Source: Schizochytrium sp. TIO01 (taxonomy: Eukaryota; Protista; Bigyra: Labyrinthulomycetes). Taken from it: a stretch of DNA of 64,000 bases. The translations under genes were made by a program, and so were the position numbers. This document shows positions 9,901-23,281 of this stretch, piece by piece; the stretch's first letter is position 1, and every line of letters starts with the position of its first letter. The stretch lies in the NCBI GenBank assembly GCA_004764695.1, contig SMSO01000031.1, forward strand, positions 6,802,761-6,866,760, given 5' to 3'. The notes under the pieces were generated by a model. That model was not told where the DNA came from. It worked only from the letters and a program-made list of their open reading frames with translations, and made no database searches.

Positions 9901-12900
9901 CAGCCACTTCTCGTGAGGAAGTTGTCCATCGACTTCTTGTCGAAGCCTCAGGCAAACTTGTTCTGCTGGACAAACTACTTCCTAAGCTTAAAGATGGTGG
10001 CCACCGTGTGCTTATTTTTTCTCAAATGACGCGTATGCTAGATATTCTTGAAGATTATCTTCGTCTACGAGGGTTCTTGTATGAGCGAATGGACGGTCAA
10101 ATTACTGGTATGATCCGTCAAGCTGCAATCGATCGTTACTCAGCGCCAGGATCTGATCGATTTGTTATGCTCTTGTCCACCCGTGCTGGTGGTTTGGGTC
10201 TCAATTTGACAGCTGCGGATACTGTTATTATCTTTGATAGTGATTGGAACCCTCAGAACGATATGCAAGCACAGGCTCGCTCGCACCGTATTGGTCAGAC
10301 GCGTCCTGTTAAGATTTATCGATTACTGACCCGTAAGACCTACGAGATGGCTATGTTTGATGCTGCGTCTATGAAGCTTGGTCTTGATCGTGCCATGCTC
10401 TCTGTGGATGATGCCAACAAGGGCAGCAAACCTGCTCTGACCGCTGCGGAAGTAGACCGCGTCCTTAAGCATGGCGCCTATGCAGTCTTTGCTGAAAGTG
10501 AAGAGGATTCTAATGAAAAGAGTCGTCAATTCATGGAGGCAGGTATTGATGAAATTCTCAATACAGCCAGCCACGTTGTCAACTACTCAGATGAGAGCAA
10601 AAAACAGGAGAACAAAGCGCTTTCAGGGTTTTCTACCGCAGTCTTTGTTAATCCCAAGGAGCCAGATGCCAACGTAAACGTTGATGATCCGGAGTTTTGG
10701 ACCAAGGTCGCTGGTTTCGAAAAGCCCGAGGTTGACATCGATCTAGGCCTCGGTGATCTTGATACAGAGCAGATTCTGCTTTCTGGTCGAAAACGTAACC
10801 GTAAGACTGTTCAGCGTATGGGAATGGTTAGTGGCAATGGCGGTGACGGAGCCCAGAGTGGTGGGGACGACGACGATGACTATATTGGAGGTAATGCAAG
10901 TGATGATGATGCACTTTTTGTGGAATCAAAGCGGAAGACAGCGAGAGAGCTCAAGGAGGAGCGGAAACTTGAACGTCAACTTGAGCGGGAGCGGAGAAAG
11001 GCGGAAAAGTTTAGGGCAAGACTTGAGAAGCAGCAACAACGCGCTGCATCTTCTGCAAACAATCGTGTTCGTGCCCCGAGCCAATGGTCATCGAATGCGC
11101 GGAACAAGCTCATTCGGGGACTGCAACGCTTTGGATGGGGACGATGGGTTGATATTCGTCGGCATGAACAACTTGAGTCTTATGGTGATGAAATGCGGAT
11201 TATGCGTTTCGCCTGCGTTGTGGTCCGTGTCCTTTACAAATATGCGCTCCATGACTTCAAGAATGAAATATCTGGTCCAAATATGATAGGTCTGCCGTTT
11301 GATCCCGAGCGCACCGCAAACTTCTTGATCCAACAAGCAAATCAGGTCCGCGTCGGTGAAGATGAAGTTCAAGCTGCACGCAAGTTTCTGTCAAAGTCCT
11401 CTTTTACAGGCCAGATGCTTAGTGGAGAAGCCATGCATTTCTTTCAACGCTTGGAAATGCTTCATCACATCCGGGCTATCTCTGCTGAGGCACAGCTGGC
11501 TGCGGATGCTTCTTTCTTAGAAGCAGTTTCAATGAAGGGACGACCTATTCTGAACTTTACTAGCCTGAAAGATACTGAGGACTCCTTTATCTATCAAGTT
11601 CGCATTCCGAAGGGAATCATCGCAGGCATTGGTTTTGGAGCTGTGGTTGATGAGCAAGCGGATAAAGCAATACAATGGGTAGTTCGCTCAGTCGTTGCAG
11701 GCTCAGCTGGCGACCAAGGCGGCTTCCTCCGAAGCGGTGATGTTCTTGCGAGCGTCAATGGGTTTCCAGCTTCACTCTTTGAAAATGTACGGCAGCTATC
11801 GGAAGCTATCCTGTCGCCACGAACTGTAACGCATAAACGATCCTCTGTCCTTATTGGCCCTAGTTCTAAGCCTTATGGTTATCGGTCTTTGCACAAGGCT
11901 GAGGGCGGGGACAATGCTGCTATGCGCGACAATGACGAAGTGATGTCTGAGTCAGATCTTGCAAGAGACGATATGGATGATGTAGATGATGATGAGTTAG
12001 ACGAATTCGTTACGCTTATCTTCGTGACTTGGTCTCCTCATTCTGAAAACGCAAGCAAGGACGGCCTTGTTCGTGAAATGGGGCCTGTCGCCACCCCGGA
12101 CCAGCCTAAACTTGTCCTTAAGATCCTTGACTATCTGACGCAAACTCCTGCGGAACCAATGATGACTGCCTCTCAGATTGCAGATTGGATTGGGCCCGCT
12201 ACTGTAGGTCGCAGTAATGTTGATCTGGTAATGGACTTTCTGTGTTCTGATGGGTGCGAGATGGACAATGCATTGGCAGGCCCTGTTAAGACCAGACTTC
12301 TTGAGAAATACATTAACAGGGATGAACACGATGCAAATGGAACACCTGATCGTAGCCCCGGACTCGGTGCGATTTTAATGGCATCTAGAGAAATCCAGGT
12401 GGAACAAAGTTTCATGGCTGTGGCTGCACGTGAGCTGGATGCTTTGGAGGTTCTTAGCCAGCCTCTAGAGTTCACTATTGACAGGATGATGTTGATGGAT
12501 CGTCATCCATGGACACGCGAAATGGATATGCATCTTCTGCTTGGATTCGATCGTTATGGCATGGGTGTAGAGGAGTTGAATTATATTGCTGCAGATCCAG
12601 CGTTCATTTTCGCTCATGCCATTGGTCCGGAAAGGGCACAGTATATGCTTCAAAGCAGGCTTGCGGCAATTCAGCAACGTGAGGACGAGCGCAAGGCCCG
12701 ATTTAGGGATCAACAGCGTCGTTATCGCGCTGAGCGTAAGAAAACCGAAGGACAGGGTCAACAGGACAAAGAAGAAGGAAAGTCTACTGCGGATGGCAAG
12801 ACTGATGAGGCGGCCAACGAAAATGCAAATGACTCGTCAAAGCCAGCCAATAGCGATGGTGCTGAGAAGCCTGCTGAGGAGGGGAAGTCCTCAGGTGCCA

Positions 12901-13214
12901 ATGGTGCTAGTGAAAATGGAAATAACAATGATTCGTCCAACGCCCTTGCATCTGAAGTGCCTCTTCCGCCAGGTCCTGCTATTTTCCTTCCTAACTTTCA
13001 GATTCTTTTGCACCATATTGATCAGATTCTCTATCGGGACGTTCGTTTGAGCTTGTCTGAGGCTGCTCGAGTGCAAAGAGAAAGCCAGGAGCAAAACCAA
13101 CAAGAAGAGAAGCAACAAGAGCAGCCACGAGAAATGAATCAAACTGCGCAGCCAGAGAATGAAGAGGAAGAGGCACAACCAGAAAAAGAACAAGGTCAAG
13201 CTGCTCAGGAGTAA
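6911..13214 (+). CDS. CHD-family (CHD6-9-like) chromodomain helicase DNA-binding protein; one gene broken into two ORFs by a frame discontinuity near 9435-9540
   Basis: Two chromodomains (IKFKGYSYLHATW; VKWSSLPYHEITWE). SNF2 motifs LADEMGLGKT, VDEAH and LTGTPIQNN lie in ORF 6911-9454. LRPFLLRRVKEDV, MELRKCCNHPFL, LSTRAGGLGLNL and DSDWNPQNDMQAQARSHRIGQ lie in ORF 9285-13214, followed by SANT (WSSNARNKLIRGLQRFGWGRW) and SLIDE (WTREMDMHLLLGFDRYG). Confidence 0.92.
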
Positions 13215-13961
13215 TTGATGCAAACCATCCTTCTCACATTTATAAAGATTGCTTATTCGTGGAACAGCCATGTAGGGTCTGCATAATGTTAAAACATAAA
13301 TATAACAACAACGAAAATTACAATATTCCATTGCCCACCTTTAATTGCAAAACTCAAGTTAAGAAGGAAGAAGCGTGCTCGCTTTCCCCTCTGTTTGCAT
13401 TTATGTTCTTTATCAATACAGGCAGAAGGCTATTTGTTTCAGTATTCTTGCAAAATGAATCTAAAGAGAAGGAAGCCTCCCATCATTTTGTGCTCCAGCG
13501 ATATCAGATATATTGATTTGTTTTCATTTTTCTCCGTGAAAAATCAGGAAAGCTTGATGTTCCCAAATTTTTCGTCAAAGGGCCGAGTGATCAATATTGT
13601 AGACAGAAAACACAATCTCTGATTGTTTTCTCTTTATTATTTTTAGCTATTTAATGATTTTTATGGTTAGTTTTGTTTTGTATTAGGTTTAGGATAAGGT
13701 TGTACGAATGAGACTACATAGGTAAAGGTAGAGCCCTGAAACGCCAGCTCGGAAAATTGTGAATATGGGTTCGGACAAATATCTACCTGGATTTTAGAAT
13801 TGAGTGTCCTCACCAAAGTAAACTTCGCAAATAGCTACGGAACAGGGGAAAGGAATGAAGACATTACTCATCAGCAACATACAGACACAAACGTGTCTCA
13901 TATTGCATATGATGACAGATATGCACACATTCACATAGGGTGTTAATTTTAATAATGAGAC

Positions 13962-15746
13962 CTACCAAGAAGTATCAATTCCTTCGATACTCCACACCAC
14001 GACCTTGCCATCGAGACCACATGTTACAGCTTTAGGTCCCTGAACATCAACATCATAGAGGGCTGAGGTTCCATGCTCAAACTCTTTGATAATTTCGAAG
14101 GAATCGCTGAGCTTTCGAATACGCATGACACCATCTGAGCAAGCGCAAAAAATGAAGCCAAAGTCGGTCTTGAGGGAGTTAATATGAAAAGGCTCCTGAA
14201 ATCCGGCAATCATAGTTCCTGCGGAGGCATCCCACACACGAACAAGACCGTCATTAAAGCGGTGATCAAGATTCGAGGTAGATACCACACGATGGCCAGA
14301 AACCATAATACAAGAGATGGTTTTTCCGTTGTGGTACTCGCTACTGAAGCTGTGAAGCAGTAGACCAGTCGCCAGTTCCCAGATGAAGACCTCTCCACGC
14401 GCAGAGCCTGTGGCAAGAATATCACCTTCAAAGTGCAGACAAGAGACACCTGCTTTATGTACTCGCTCTGATGCCCATGCAAGGTCAAGTGAGGGGTAGT
14501 TCCAAACACGGACAGTGGAGTCATAAGATCCAGTAACAATAAGTGAGTCTGATACTTGGATACGGTGCACATCATGGCGGTGCCCAACAAGCTTCTTACT
14601 GAGCGTGGCGCTGGGCCAATGCCACACGCCGACAAAATCTTTAGAACAGGAAATCAGAATCTCACTGCTGACCATGGCCACACGATAAACGGGTGAGGAG
14701 TGTCCCACAAGCTCCTTCTTCTCGTTTTCCTTGTGCACATACCAAATTTTAATTGTCGAGTCTTCAGAGCAGGTGACAGCCACCCTTCCGTCGAACCAGA
14801 CACCAAAGACTGATCCTCCATGAGATGCGATTTGTTTCGTAGGCGCAGGTCCTTGGTCCTCGCCGAGGTCTCTCTCCTCGCTGAGGTCAACCATGCGCAA
14901 CGTGCGATCCCACGAAGCCGATACAACAGTGTCTTGGCGAATTCTCACATGGCGTACACGATCCTTGTGGCCGGTATACTCTCGTTTGCGAACATTACCT
15001 TGTATCCACCCGCACCTGCTCTGCTCCTGGATGAGACATAAACCACGCCATGTTTTCCCGTGCATTTCCAAGTTTCTAATGAATGAAGAATTTGCATGCA
15101 GTCTTTGGAACTCTGACTGCCAGATCCAATCTACTGAAGGCTTGCAGCACCTTCTACGCCAGTATTTTGACACGCAACTGGCCCTTGCCAGTGACCGTAG
15201 ATCCAAGTACCATAGAATATCTCTGCAAATTGCACTCGGAACGATTCGTGTGTCTAAAAAGTCCACCATCGGGACCCTGCTCGGGAGTCGTTCTCTTAGG
15301 CCCTTTCCGCCCCGAGATGAGCCTCCAAGTCCTCCAGCTCCCGAACTGCTTCCAGATGCCAACATACCTACATGATATTCAGAATCATCACCACCAAAGG
15401 CTCTGCGCAGATCTTCCGCAATCGCAGCTAATCTGAGGTTTACATTGCTCTTATTCACTTTGTTGCTGCCACTGCTATCGCCCGCCAGATTGCTGACTCC
15501 TTCATCCTTGATCTCTTTATCCTTGACTTTGTTGCAGCTCTTTTCATTATTATCGTTCTCGAGGAGTGGTCTTTCGCGCACCATCCGCACGAGTTGCAAA
15601 AGCGCATCTTCGCGAGCACTATCGCTTTGGAGGCGGAAGAAGGTCTCTGCCCAGGCCTCTGCAGCGCTCAGCTCAGAGACCGAGGTCTCCTCGCTCAGAG
15701 CCATGGGCGTGCCAGAGCAGGCCTCCTGCTGCTGGTCGCGGCACAT
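13962..15746 (-). CDS. F-box/WD40-repeat protein (FBXW-like)
   Basis: F-box (VPSAICRDILWYLDLRSLARASCVSKYWRR) followed by about 7 WD repeats (GHKDRV..SASWDRTLR, TCSEDSTIKIW, TGSYDSTVRVWN, TCGLDGKVVVW). First ATG at 15746; an upstream exon is possible. Confidence 0.9.
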   Translation of the reverse strand: MCRDQQQEACSGTPMALSEETSVSELSAAEAWAETFFRLQSDSAREDALLQLVRMVRERPLLENDNNEKSCNKVKDKEIKDEGVSNLAGDSSGSNKVNKSNVNLRLAAIAEDLRRAFGGDDSEYHVGMLASGSSSGAGGLGGSSRGGKGLRERLPSRVPMVDFLDTRIVPSAICRDILWYLDLRSLARASCVSKYWRRRCCKPSVDWIWQSEFQRLHANSSFIRNLEMHGKTWRGLCLIQEQSRCGWIQGNVRKREYTGHKDRVRHVRIRQDTVVSASWDRTLRMVDLSEERDLGEDQGPAPTKQIASHGGSVFGVWFDGRVAVTCSEDSTIKIWYVHKENEKKELVGHSSPVYRVAMVSSEILISCSKDFVGVWHWPSATLSKKLVGHRHDVHRIQVSDSLIVTGSYDSTVRVWNYPSLDLAWASERVHKAGVSCLHFEGDILATGSARGEVFIWELATGLLLHSFSSEYHNGKTISCIMVSGHRVVSTSNLDHRFNDGLVRVWDASAGTMIAGFQEPFHINSLKTDFGFIFCACSDGVMRIRKLSDSFEIIKEFEHGTSALYDVDVQGPKAVTCGLDGKVVVWSIEGIDTSW

Positions 15747-15823
15747 GGAGTAATGCGGGATTGACTCGACCAGCAAACCATCCTCCTTATGTGCGCTACT
15801 GCAAACGAATGCATCAGCATCAG

Positions 15824-16250
<427 letters not shown>

Positions 16251-18079
16251 GACATCAAATACACATCTATATAACCCATTACTTCTATTTATAATCAACT
16301 TAATGCTCAGTAATCGTAGTCTACTACTAGAATAGTCTACTACTAGAACCACTATTAGGTAGTGAGTAGTAAGTAGGGAGATCGGTATTAAAATCTATAA
16401 AATATTATTCATTCATTCTTTCATTCATTCATTCATTCTTTCATTCAACATGATTCGCACATTTTGAGATGAGGAGCACATCGCATCATACTTGAGCTAC
16501 AGCAGCCAGCAAGCCAGCAAGATCTCTATTGCAAGCGAGTGCAGACAGACAGCGCGTCGGAATGGCACCTCGTCAGGCTCTGTTGCGTGGGCGGCATTTC
16601 CACTGGAAAGAGAGCTTTCTGAAAGTGAAGAACAGAGTCTTTGATACAAAAGTACCAAGGCCCAGTTCTCGTTCGCTGATTTCGAGCACCCGCACACAAC
16701 CAGCTCAGCGTCCAGCAAATGGTCTAGGGAGATCTGGACCGAAAGAAGGCGGCCTGAGACTCAAGGGCCTCGGCACCGTTGCTCGCTTCCTCGCTCGCTG
16801 TTAGCAGCAACGTTGTCGTCAAATGTGCAGCGCAATAAAAAAAAATGGGCATTTGATGACTTTTACATTTCCACGCAAAGGTTTTGTATTACTATGATGA
16901 ATGGCACTGTTATAGATTGCTCTATACAGGTCGTAGACTATGTTTCTCTTTCAAGACAGGTCATGGCTTGAGAGCAGAACAATCAACTTCGATCGGAAGC
17001 ATTGCGCGATCCAGAACTCGAGGTGTGGAGACGATGGCGCGCTTCAAGTTATTGGCGATTCCGCCATGAGGGTCGGCTTTAATCCGTCGCCGAAGCGAAC
17101 ATGAATGTACTCGCGGATATTGTCAGGGCCGAATAGCTTCATGCAGGGTAAGAATGCTGACAGTTCAGGCAGCGGCCCTCAGGATCATGCCAAAATACAG
17201 ACATTCTACTCTACCATGTTTCGAACTGGACAGCAAACCCCGCGCCCAGCTTGTTTGGTAACTACTGCGTGAGAGGAGCTATTTGGCTCTGAAGAAATAG
17301 GCACTAGCATAAAAAATTCCAACATGAGGAAGTATTGCAACGTTAACCTGAATCAATTCAAGGTACGCGAGGCAAGGCAGCATAGAACGTTTGGTGGTAT
17401 TAATGGGGTCTATTTTGAAATGTATAATATGAGATTTGCTCTCTTGGGTGCATACATTTTGGTTGACGGGAACATAAGGCAGAGTAGAACTAGAAAAACG
17501 GGTCGCCAATGACCGGCAAGAAATTAAAAACTATACCTTTCTTGATGAAGGCGCTCTTATGATGGATAGCTTGCATTATCTAATTCAAAGAGATACGAAG
17601 GGTGGTACTTGGGTTCGTCAAAATCTAAATCAGATTAAACCTTTATTTAAATAGGCATTTGCTGACATGAGGAACTTGGTAGAGCTACAAAACGTGTTTC
17701 CGGGATACTGTTACTTTCGTTGAGCGAATTACATTCCCGGTTCATTCTAAAGGCGCACTATTTGTAGTAAAATAGATGCTTTGTCTATTTGCCTTTTTTA
17801 TGAAATTGAACCTTGCATCTCAATTCTAGGATAGTTTTTACGAATACACTTCTTTATCAATACGTATACAGCGCATTGATATTTGATAACTGTTCAGTCG
17901 AGATCAGCTCCTGCTTCAGATGGTGTTGACAAGATTTTCAGCTTTTCTTTTGGTGGAGAGTAGTCTGCATGTCATGATACCTTCTACTGAAGTCCCAATT
18001 GATAAGGTGCAGAACCGTATAGTTTATACTAGATACGGTAGTATAGTGCATTTCGTGTGGCTGCGTACGTCAAAGATTC

Positions 18080-18950
18080 ACATAGAAGCTTGTGAGCCTG
18101 AGGGTTAGTACCAACATGTGTTCGTCAGCCTCAGTTCAGTCCTCGAGCCACTACTACTTCCTCGAACCTCAGGTCCGGGCCAACCTCCAGTAATTTAATT
18201 CTCTATTTCGCGGCACGGTTGTCCATCACCTCGACCTGGGCGTCAATCAAAACACATAGGCACATTCGTCGCACCTCGCATGCAAGTTATCCGTCACCAT
18301 CCTCTCTCCTCCAACATGTTATAAACTCCGTCATCGCTGCGGAAACTCTTGAGCGTATCGAAAAGCTTTCACCTGGGGCACAAGCGCGTGCGTTCTACTC
18401 CAGACATTCCTGGTTTGTCGAAGCACTTCATATTGCATATTGAGGCATCACACGCCCAAAACCCGCAGAGGCTCCTTGCATTGCCGCTTCAGGTGCCTGC
18501 CTGCCTGCATGTGCTCTCCCGAAAGGCATCATCAGATCCGCTTTCCAGGGCTCCCAAGATTGTCTGTCATCCGTGTTCCCGCCATGACGTCATCAAACTC
18601 ACTCGCGCACTTCAAGTCCAACTCCGCTCCCAGCCTCGCGTTTGCACTGACCGGGGTCCAGACTGCCCTACAGCTCCTCGTCTGCACACACTCACTCACA
18701 CACTCACACACTCGGGCGGCTTGGTGGCCCTCCAAGCCCTCACCTCAGCGCAGGCCGCCATCGCCGCGAGCGAGTGCTTCGAAGGTGAAGCTTGAACGCA
18801 GAACAATCCAAGAAGCGCCAGAATGGTCTCGCAGGTCCCTCGTCGGAGTACCAACCCGCACTGCGCTCCGACAATGCAGCGGCAGAGTCTGTCTGATGCC
18901 ACCTCACTCACGCACTCGCGCACTCGCGCACTCACGCACTCCGTGGCCAA
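18080..18950 (-). pseudogene. Possible decayed F-box/LRR gene
   Basis: Minus-strand fragments ETILALLGLF..SLAAMAACAEVRAWRAT (F-box-like), ELDLKCASEFDDV and TRLCPR*KLFDTLKSFRSDDGV (LRR-like), interrupted by stops and frameshifts. Confidence 0.3.
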
Positions 18951-19113
18951 GGCAAGCCGCGGCTTGCGCCTGTGCAGCGCCGATCACGTCCGGCATTCTC
19001 CCGCACGCGGCGCCGCTCTCCCTCGGCGCGCTCGCGACGCTGCAGGCGCTCTTGGGTGAGGGAGGACCTGGCTCTTGCGCATTTGTATCTATCTTCTTCG
19101 CTTCATTTCGGAA

Positions 19114-19316
19114 TGTTTGTTTGTTTGTTTGTTTGTTTGTTTGTTAGTTCCTCTGATTTCTTGAGAATCTGTGTATATATACATACATACATATACACAT
19201 ATATATGAAATGAAATGAAATGCGCATTATATATATGGATATATTGATATAGAGATATATATGGACATATGGATATATATGGATATATATGGATATGAAT
19301 GGATATGTATGGATAT
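19114..19316. repeat. (TTTG)n and ATATATGG-type low-complexity repeats
   Basis: Visible simple repeats. Confidence 0.8.
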
Positions 19317-20206
19317 AGAGAGGTACAGTTATCACGCGTGGCACATCGAATCCCTCGAGGAGTCGAGCCCGCCGCCGCCAGCCTCCGCGCCTCTGCCCGC
19401 TCGGAGGCAGGCATACATACACCCGGGTGCCTCGAGGAAGAGCCCCTTGCTCGCCCATCCAGGGCCCGCGCCGGTCCTCGAGGCGGCGCCTGCGGCGGTT
19501 TGCGGACGGAGATCGATCGATGATTCGTTCATGGATTCCTGAGAAGCAAGTAAATCAAAAGATAAATCAATGATCATCGCTGAAGAAAGAAATGAGAGAG
19601 AGAAAAGAAAAAAGAAAAAAGCTTTTTTGAATTTCTTTCTTTCTTTCTCTCTCTCTTTCTTTCTCTCTTTCTTTCTTCCATCATTCCTTCGGTTCTCTGC
19701 CTTCTTCCTTCTCCCGCCGTTGCCCAAAATAGGGCCCAGTGAGGTAGGACTGGATCACAAGAAACACATTCCCACAGACTAGGATCGATATATATTTTAC
19801 AATAGAGATAAAGATGCAATGGCAGGAGAGGTAATTCGATTCAGTGGACGTGTGAGGGGGAGCGAGTCTCAGGGCACGTTATAGGATACAGCGCCTAGAG
19901 GGAGAGGAGGGACTTTGTAGGTGTGTTCTCCCCTCCACCAGATTTTCTTTTCCTCAGGCGCAGACTGCAGAGGGGTTGTGAGGGAGAGGTGCGAGGAAAA
20001 AAGAAGATAAAGAGACAATCCAAACAATCCAAGAGCTGTGTTCTACCGGCGCTTGGGAGGCGACATTAACGCGGCAAACCCCAAACTCCATCGCAGCAGA
20101 CGCCACTCGAACGCCTCTTTACGCAGGAGAGATACAGGCAAGCAGACAAACCAATCGGCAAGCTAGAAAACATTCAAGTGAGGTTGGATTCGCACGAAGA
20201 TACAAG

Positions 20207-21526
20207 ATGCTGGTCCCGTTGACATGCCCCGCTCAGACCTACGCTTGGGGAAAGCCAGGCCTTGAGAGCACCGTAGCGCAGCTCACAAAGGCTGCTGGCG
20301 GAGAGGTGGATGAGAGCAAGCCTTACGCAGAGCTCTGGGTCGGCACACACCCGAATGGCCCTGCCAAAACCGAGGATGACGCCACAGAGCTTATGGAGTA
20401 CCTCAAGGCGAACCCAGAGCTTGTGAGCTCAGATAAGGATCAGCAGGAGGACTGCGCAAAGAACGGACTTCCGTACCTGTTCAAGATTCTCAGCGTTGAC
20501 AAGGCGCTCTCGATTCAGGCACACCCGGATAAGAAGCTCGCGGAGAAACTCCATGCTGAGAGGCCTGACGTGTACAAGGACCCGAACCACAAGCCTGAAA
20601 TGGCCTGTGCCGTGACACAATTTGAGGCTCTCTGCGGATTCCTACCTATTGCAGAGACCATCGAGAACATCCTCGCCACCCCCGAGCTGGAGGAACTGCT
20701 GAAGGCCAACGATGATGCCAAGGCTCTTCTTGAGAACGAGGAAGCACTTAAGTCCACAGAAGAGGCTAAGGAGAAGGAGAACCTCAAGGTCCTCTTTGAT
20801 GTGCTCATGAACTCTGAGGATGCGCTAGTGGCCAAGCAGACCGAAGCGCTCGAGAAGCGACTCGAGGCACTTTCCGACGAGGACCTCAAGTTCCCAAACA
20901 AACTTGCGTTGCGCTTGGTTAAGGATTACCCTGGGGATGTAGGTGTATTCTGTGCGTACTTTATGTGCTACCGTGTGCTCGAGCCCGGTCAGGCTGTCTT
21001 TCTTGGTGCTAATGAGCCCCACGCATACCTCGCAGGTGACTGCGCAGAGATTATGGCCTGTTCTGACAATGTAGTTCGTGCTGGTCTCACGCCCAAGCTT
21101 CGTGATACCCCAACTCTGTGCAGCATGCTCACTTACCGGCAGCCGAGCCACGAGGGCGCTGAGTTTCACCCCGGAAACCTCTTGAACGGTCGCAAATCTG
21201 GCGAGCACAGCGAGATTTACGCCCCGCCCGATCCGGCTGTCACTGAGTTCCAGATGGAGCGCATTGTGCTTAAGTCGGACGATGGTGCTTACAAGCTCGA
21301 GGCTTCCTCGTACGGTTCGGTGATCCTTGTCCTTGAAGGTGAGGGCACTGGCAAATCCGAGGGGACTTCAGCAAAGGAGGGCGAGGAGGAGGCCGCCAAG
21401 AAGTCCAAGCACGAAAATGAGCTTCGCCGCGGTGATATCTTCTTTCAGCCCTGCGGTAGTGAACTCACCATCGAGGCCAAGTCTGACTTCATTGCATTCC
21501 GTGCATCTCTTAAGGGCGCTTTCTAA
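20207..21526 (+). CDS. MPI: Mannose-6-phosphate isomerase, type I
   Basis: Motifs YAWGK, PYAELWVGTHP, LPYLFKILSVDKALSIQAHP, YKDPNHKPEMA and ANEPHAYLAGDCAEIMACSDNVVRAGLTPK. Confidence 0.97.
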   Translation: MLVPLTCPAQTYAWGKPGLESTVAQLTKAAGGEVDESKPYAELWVGTHPNGPAKTEDDATELMEYLKANPELVSSDKDQQEDCAKNGLPYLFKILSVDKALSIQAHPDKKLAEKLHAERPDVYKDPNHKPEMACAVTQFEALCGFLPIAETIENILATPELEELLKANDDAKALLENEEALKSTEEAKEKENLKVLFDVLMNSEDALVAKQTEALEKRLEALSDEDLKFPNKLALRLVKDYPGDVGVFCAYFMCYRVLEPGQAVFLGANEPHAYLAGDCAEIMACSDNVVRAGLTPKLRDTPTLCSMLTYRQPSHEGAEFHPGNLLNGRKSGEHSEIYAPPDPAVTEFQMERIVLKSDDGAYKLEASSYGSVILVLEGEGTGKSEGTSAKEGEEEAAKKSKHENELRRGDIFFQPCGSELTIEAKSDFIAFRASLKGAF

Positions 21527-22430
21527 ATTGCGTCACCATTTGGCTTCTGTCATGTTTATGTCACACTGTTTTTAATCTCTAGGCGTTGCGGCGGTGGCGT
21601 TGTGTAGATCTTGCGCCCTGACTCTTTAGCTATTTTAGCCGACACTGCCCATGACCTTCCTTTACTATTCCCTCTCCTGATTCCTTTTCGACTATTAGAA
21701 ATCTCCTATACATCTAACCGATTTAGTACATATCCCGCACGATTGCTCTTAATGATGATTACCTACTAGGCCTACTTCTAGAGACTTGATTCTGTTTCCC
21801 ATCTGTTGCATCTTGGAATTCTTTCTCAACCTCAAGACGAGTCTGCATGAAAGAAGTTGCATCGCATAAATGCTCTGGAGAATATTCCCCACCATGAGCA
21901 AAACCCAACGGGTTTCAAGAACTGAGCACCATTGACCCGATTAGACCGCTTGCAGTAGGCTAGTTGCTAAGCGATCCGAGTTAGCTGCCATGTTTTCAGG
22001 ATCAAAACACGCATTTGCAGTTCGTGATTGAGTAAACTCATCCAACTTATCCTTTTCATTGTCTCGCTCCTTTGTGCTGGAGGTCGGTACAAACTCCAGG
22101 TGTCTCTTTCGCGGATTAAAAAAAAGCGAAAACAAAAAAAAACAGAAGGAACAAGAAAAAAGAAAGTAAATGCAATTGTATATATTTTCTCTTTGAAAAA
22201 ACAAAAATAAATCACACAAGAGACAATCAACGCTTTGGTTCTCAATGTCATCAATTCGTGAGCCTTCTATCGTCAGTCTGAGAGGCTTCACAGGAAAGTT
22301 TAGATCGCGACGTGGAGAGTCGCACATCAATAAGCGCCCACGGTTTGATAGTTGGAGCCATCTAGGGATGGATGCCTCATTCACGGATAGATTAAAAATG
22401 AGGAGAGCGCCAAACAAAATAAAACCAAAC

Positions 22431-22490
22431 TTGTTTTGTTTGTTTGTTTGTTTGTTTGTTTGTTTGTTTGTTTGTTTGTTTGTTTGTTTG
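22431..22490. repeat. (TTTG)n microsatellite
   Basis: Visible simple repeat. Confidence 0.9.
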
Positions 22491-23281
22491 CTTTTTCTCT
22501 ATTTTTCTATTTAAAAACAACAACAACAACAATAACAACAAAATGGAGCTACAATTGGCCAATCTCTGGAGAGTCTGAAAGATATGCACGCACTGGCCGT
22601 TCACTGTCGTGAAAAGGGTGCCTCTACCTGGCGCTCAGTTCAATGTCTCTTACCGACCTCCATCTCAAAGGGTCATCGCTCGTGCTGATGCCATGCCGCT
22701 TTCCAGTGAGGGTGCTCTGTGTTTCTATCGCTCTTTCTTCTCTCTTTCTTCATGAAACATACACAAAAAGGAGAAAGATTATTTTAACGAATAGTGCACA
22801 TCCAAGAAAGGACTAAAGGGACTAAAAAGGCAGAAAGAAACCCTTTGTTTGCTAACTCCAAGTAGGACGGGGCTAAGATCAATCAGGAAGACACTATTAG
22901 GATAGAGGTTAGGAGGCACAATAGGAATTCTCTAATGACATAATGATGAAGTGAGATGAGAGAAGAAACGAAACGAGATAGAGAAAGAAGCAAATCGACC
23001 TAGACTCGGAGCAGACCTGCATCGCGGATCGTGGTCGTGCTTAAGAGCTTGCACATCGCCGAAAGCGCTCGAGGACTTGCATCAAGGCAGCACGGTGGCT
23101 TAGGAACCCTCTCCAGCGACCTCAACCCCGTCCGCGCAGCACTTGTGCGAGATCGCGGGTCGCGTGAACCGATACCTGGAGGCCCTTTGTTTTCTTAGTT
23201 AATCTCCTTCGTTTGCTTTTGTGCTATTACTACTTATTAATAACCGAATAGCCTTTCTTTCGTCGAGATTAGGTTGGCTTT

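Noticed and set aside
9285-13214. Treating the second CHD ORF as an independent gene
   Set aside because: It starts mid-ATPase at a non-ATG codon and continues the helicase motifs of the upstream ORF.
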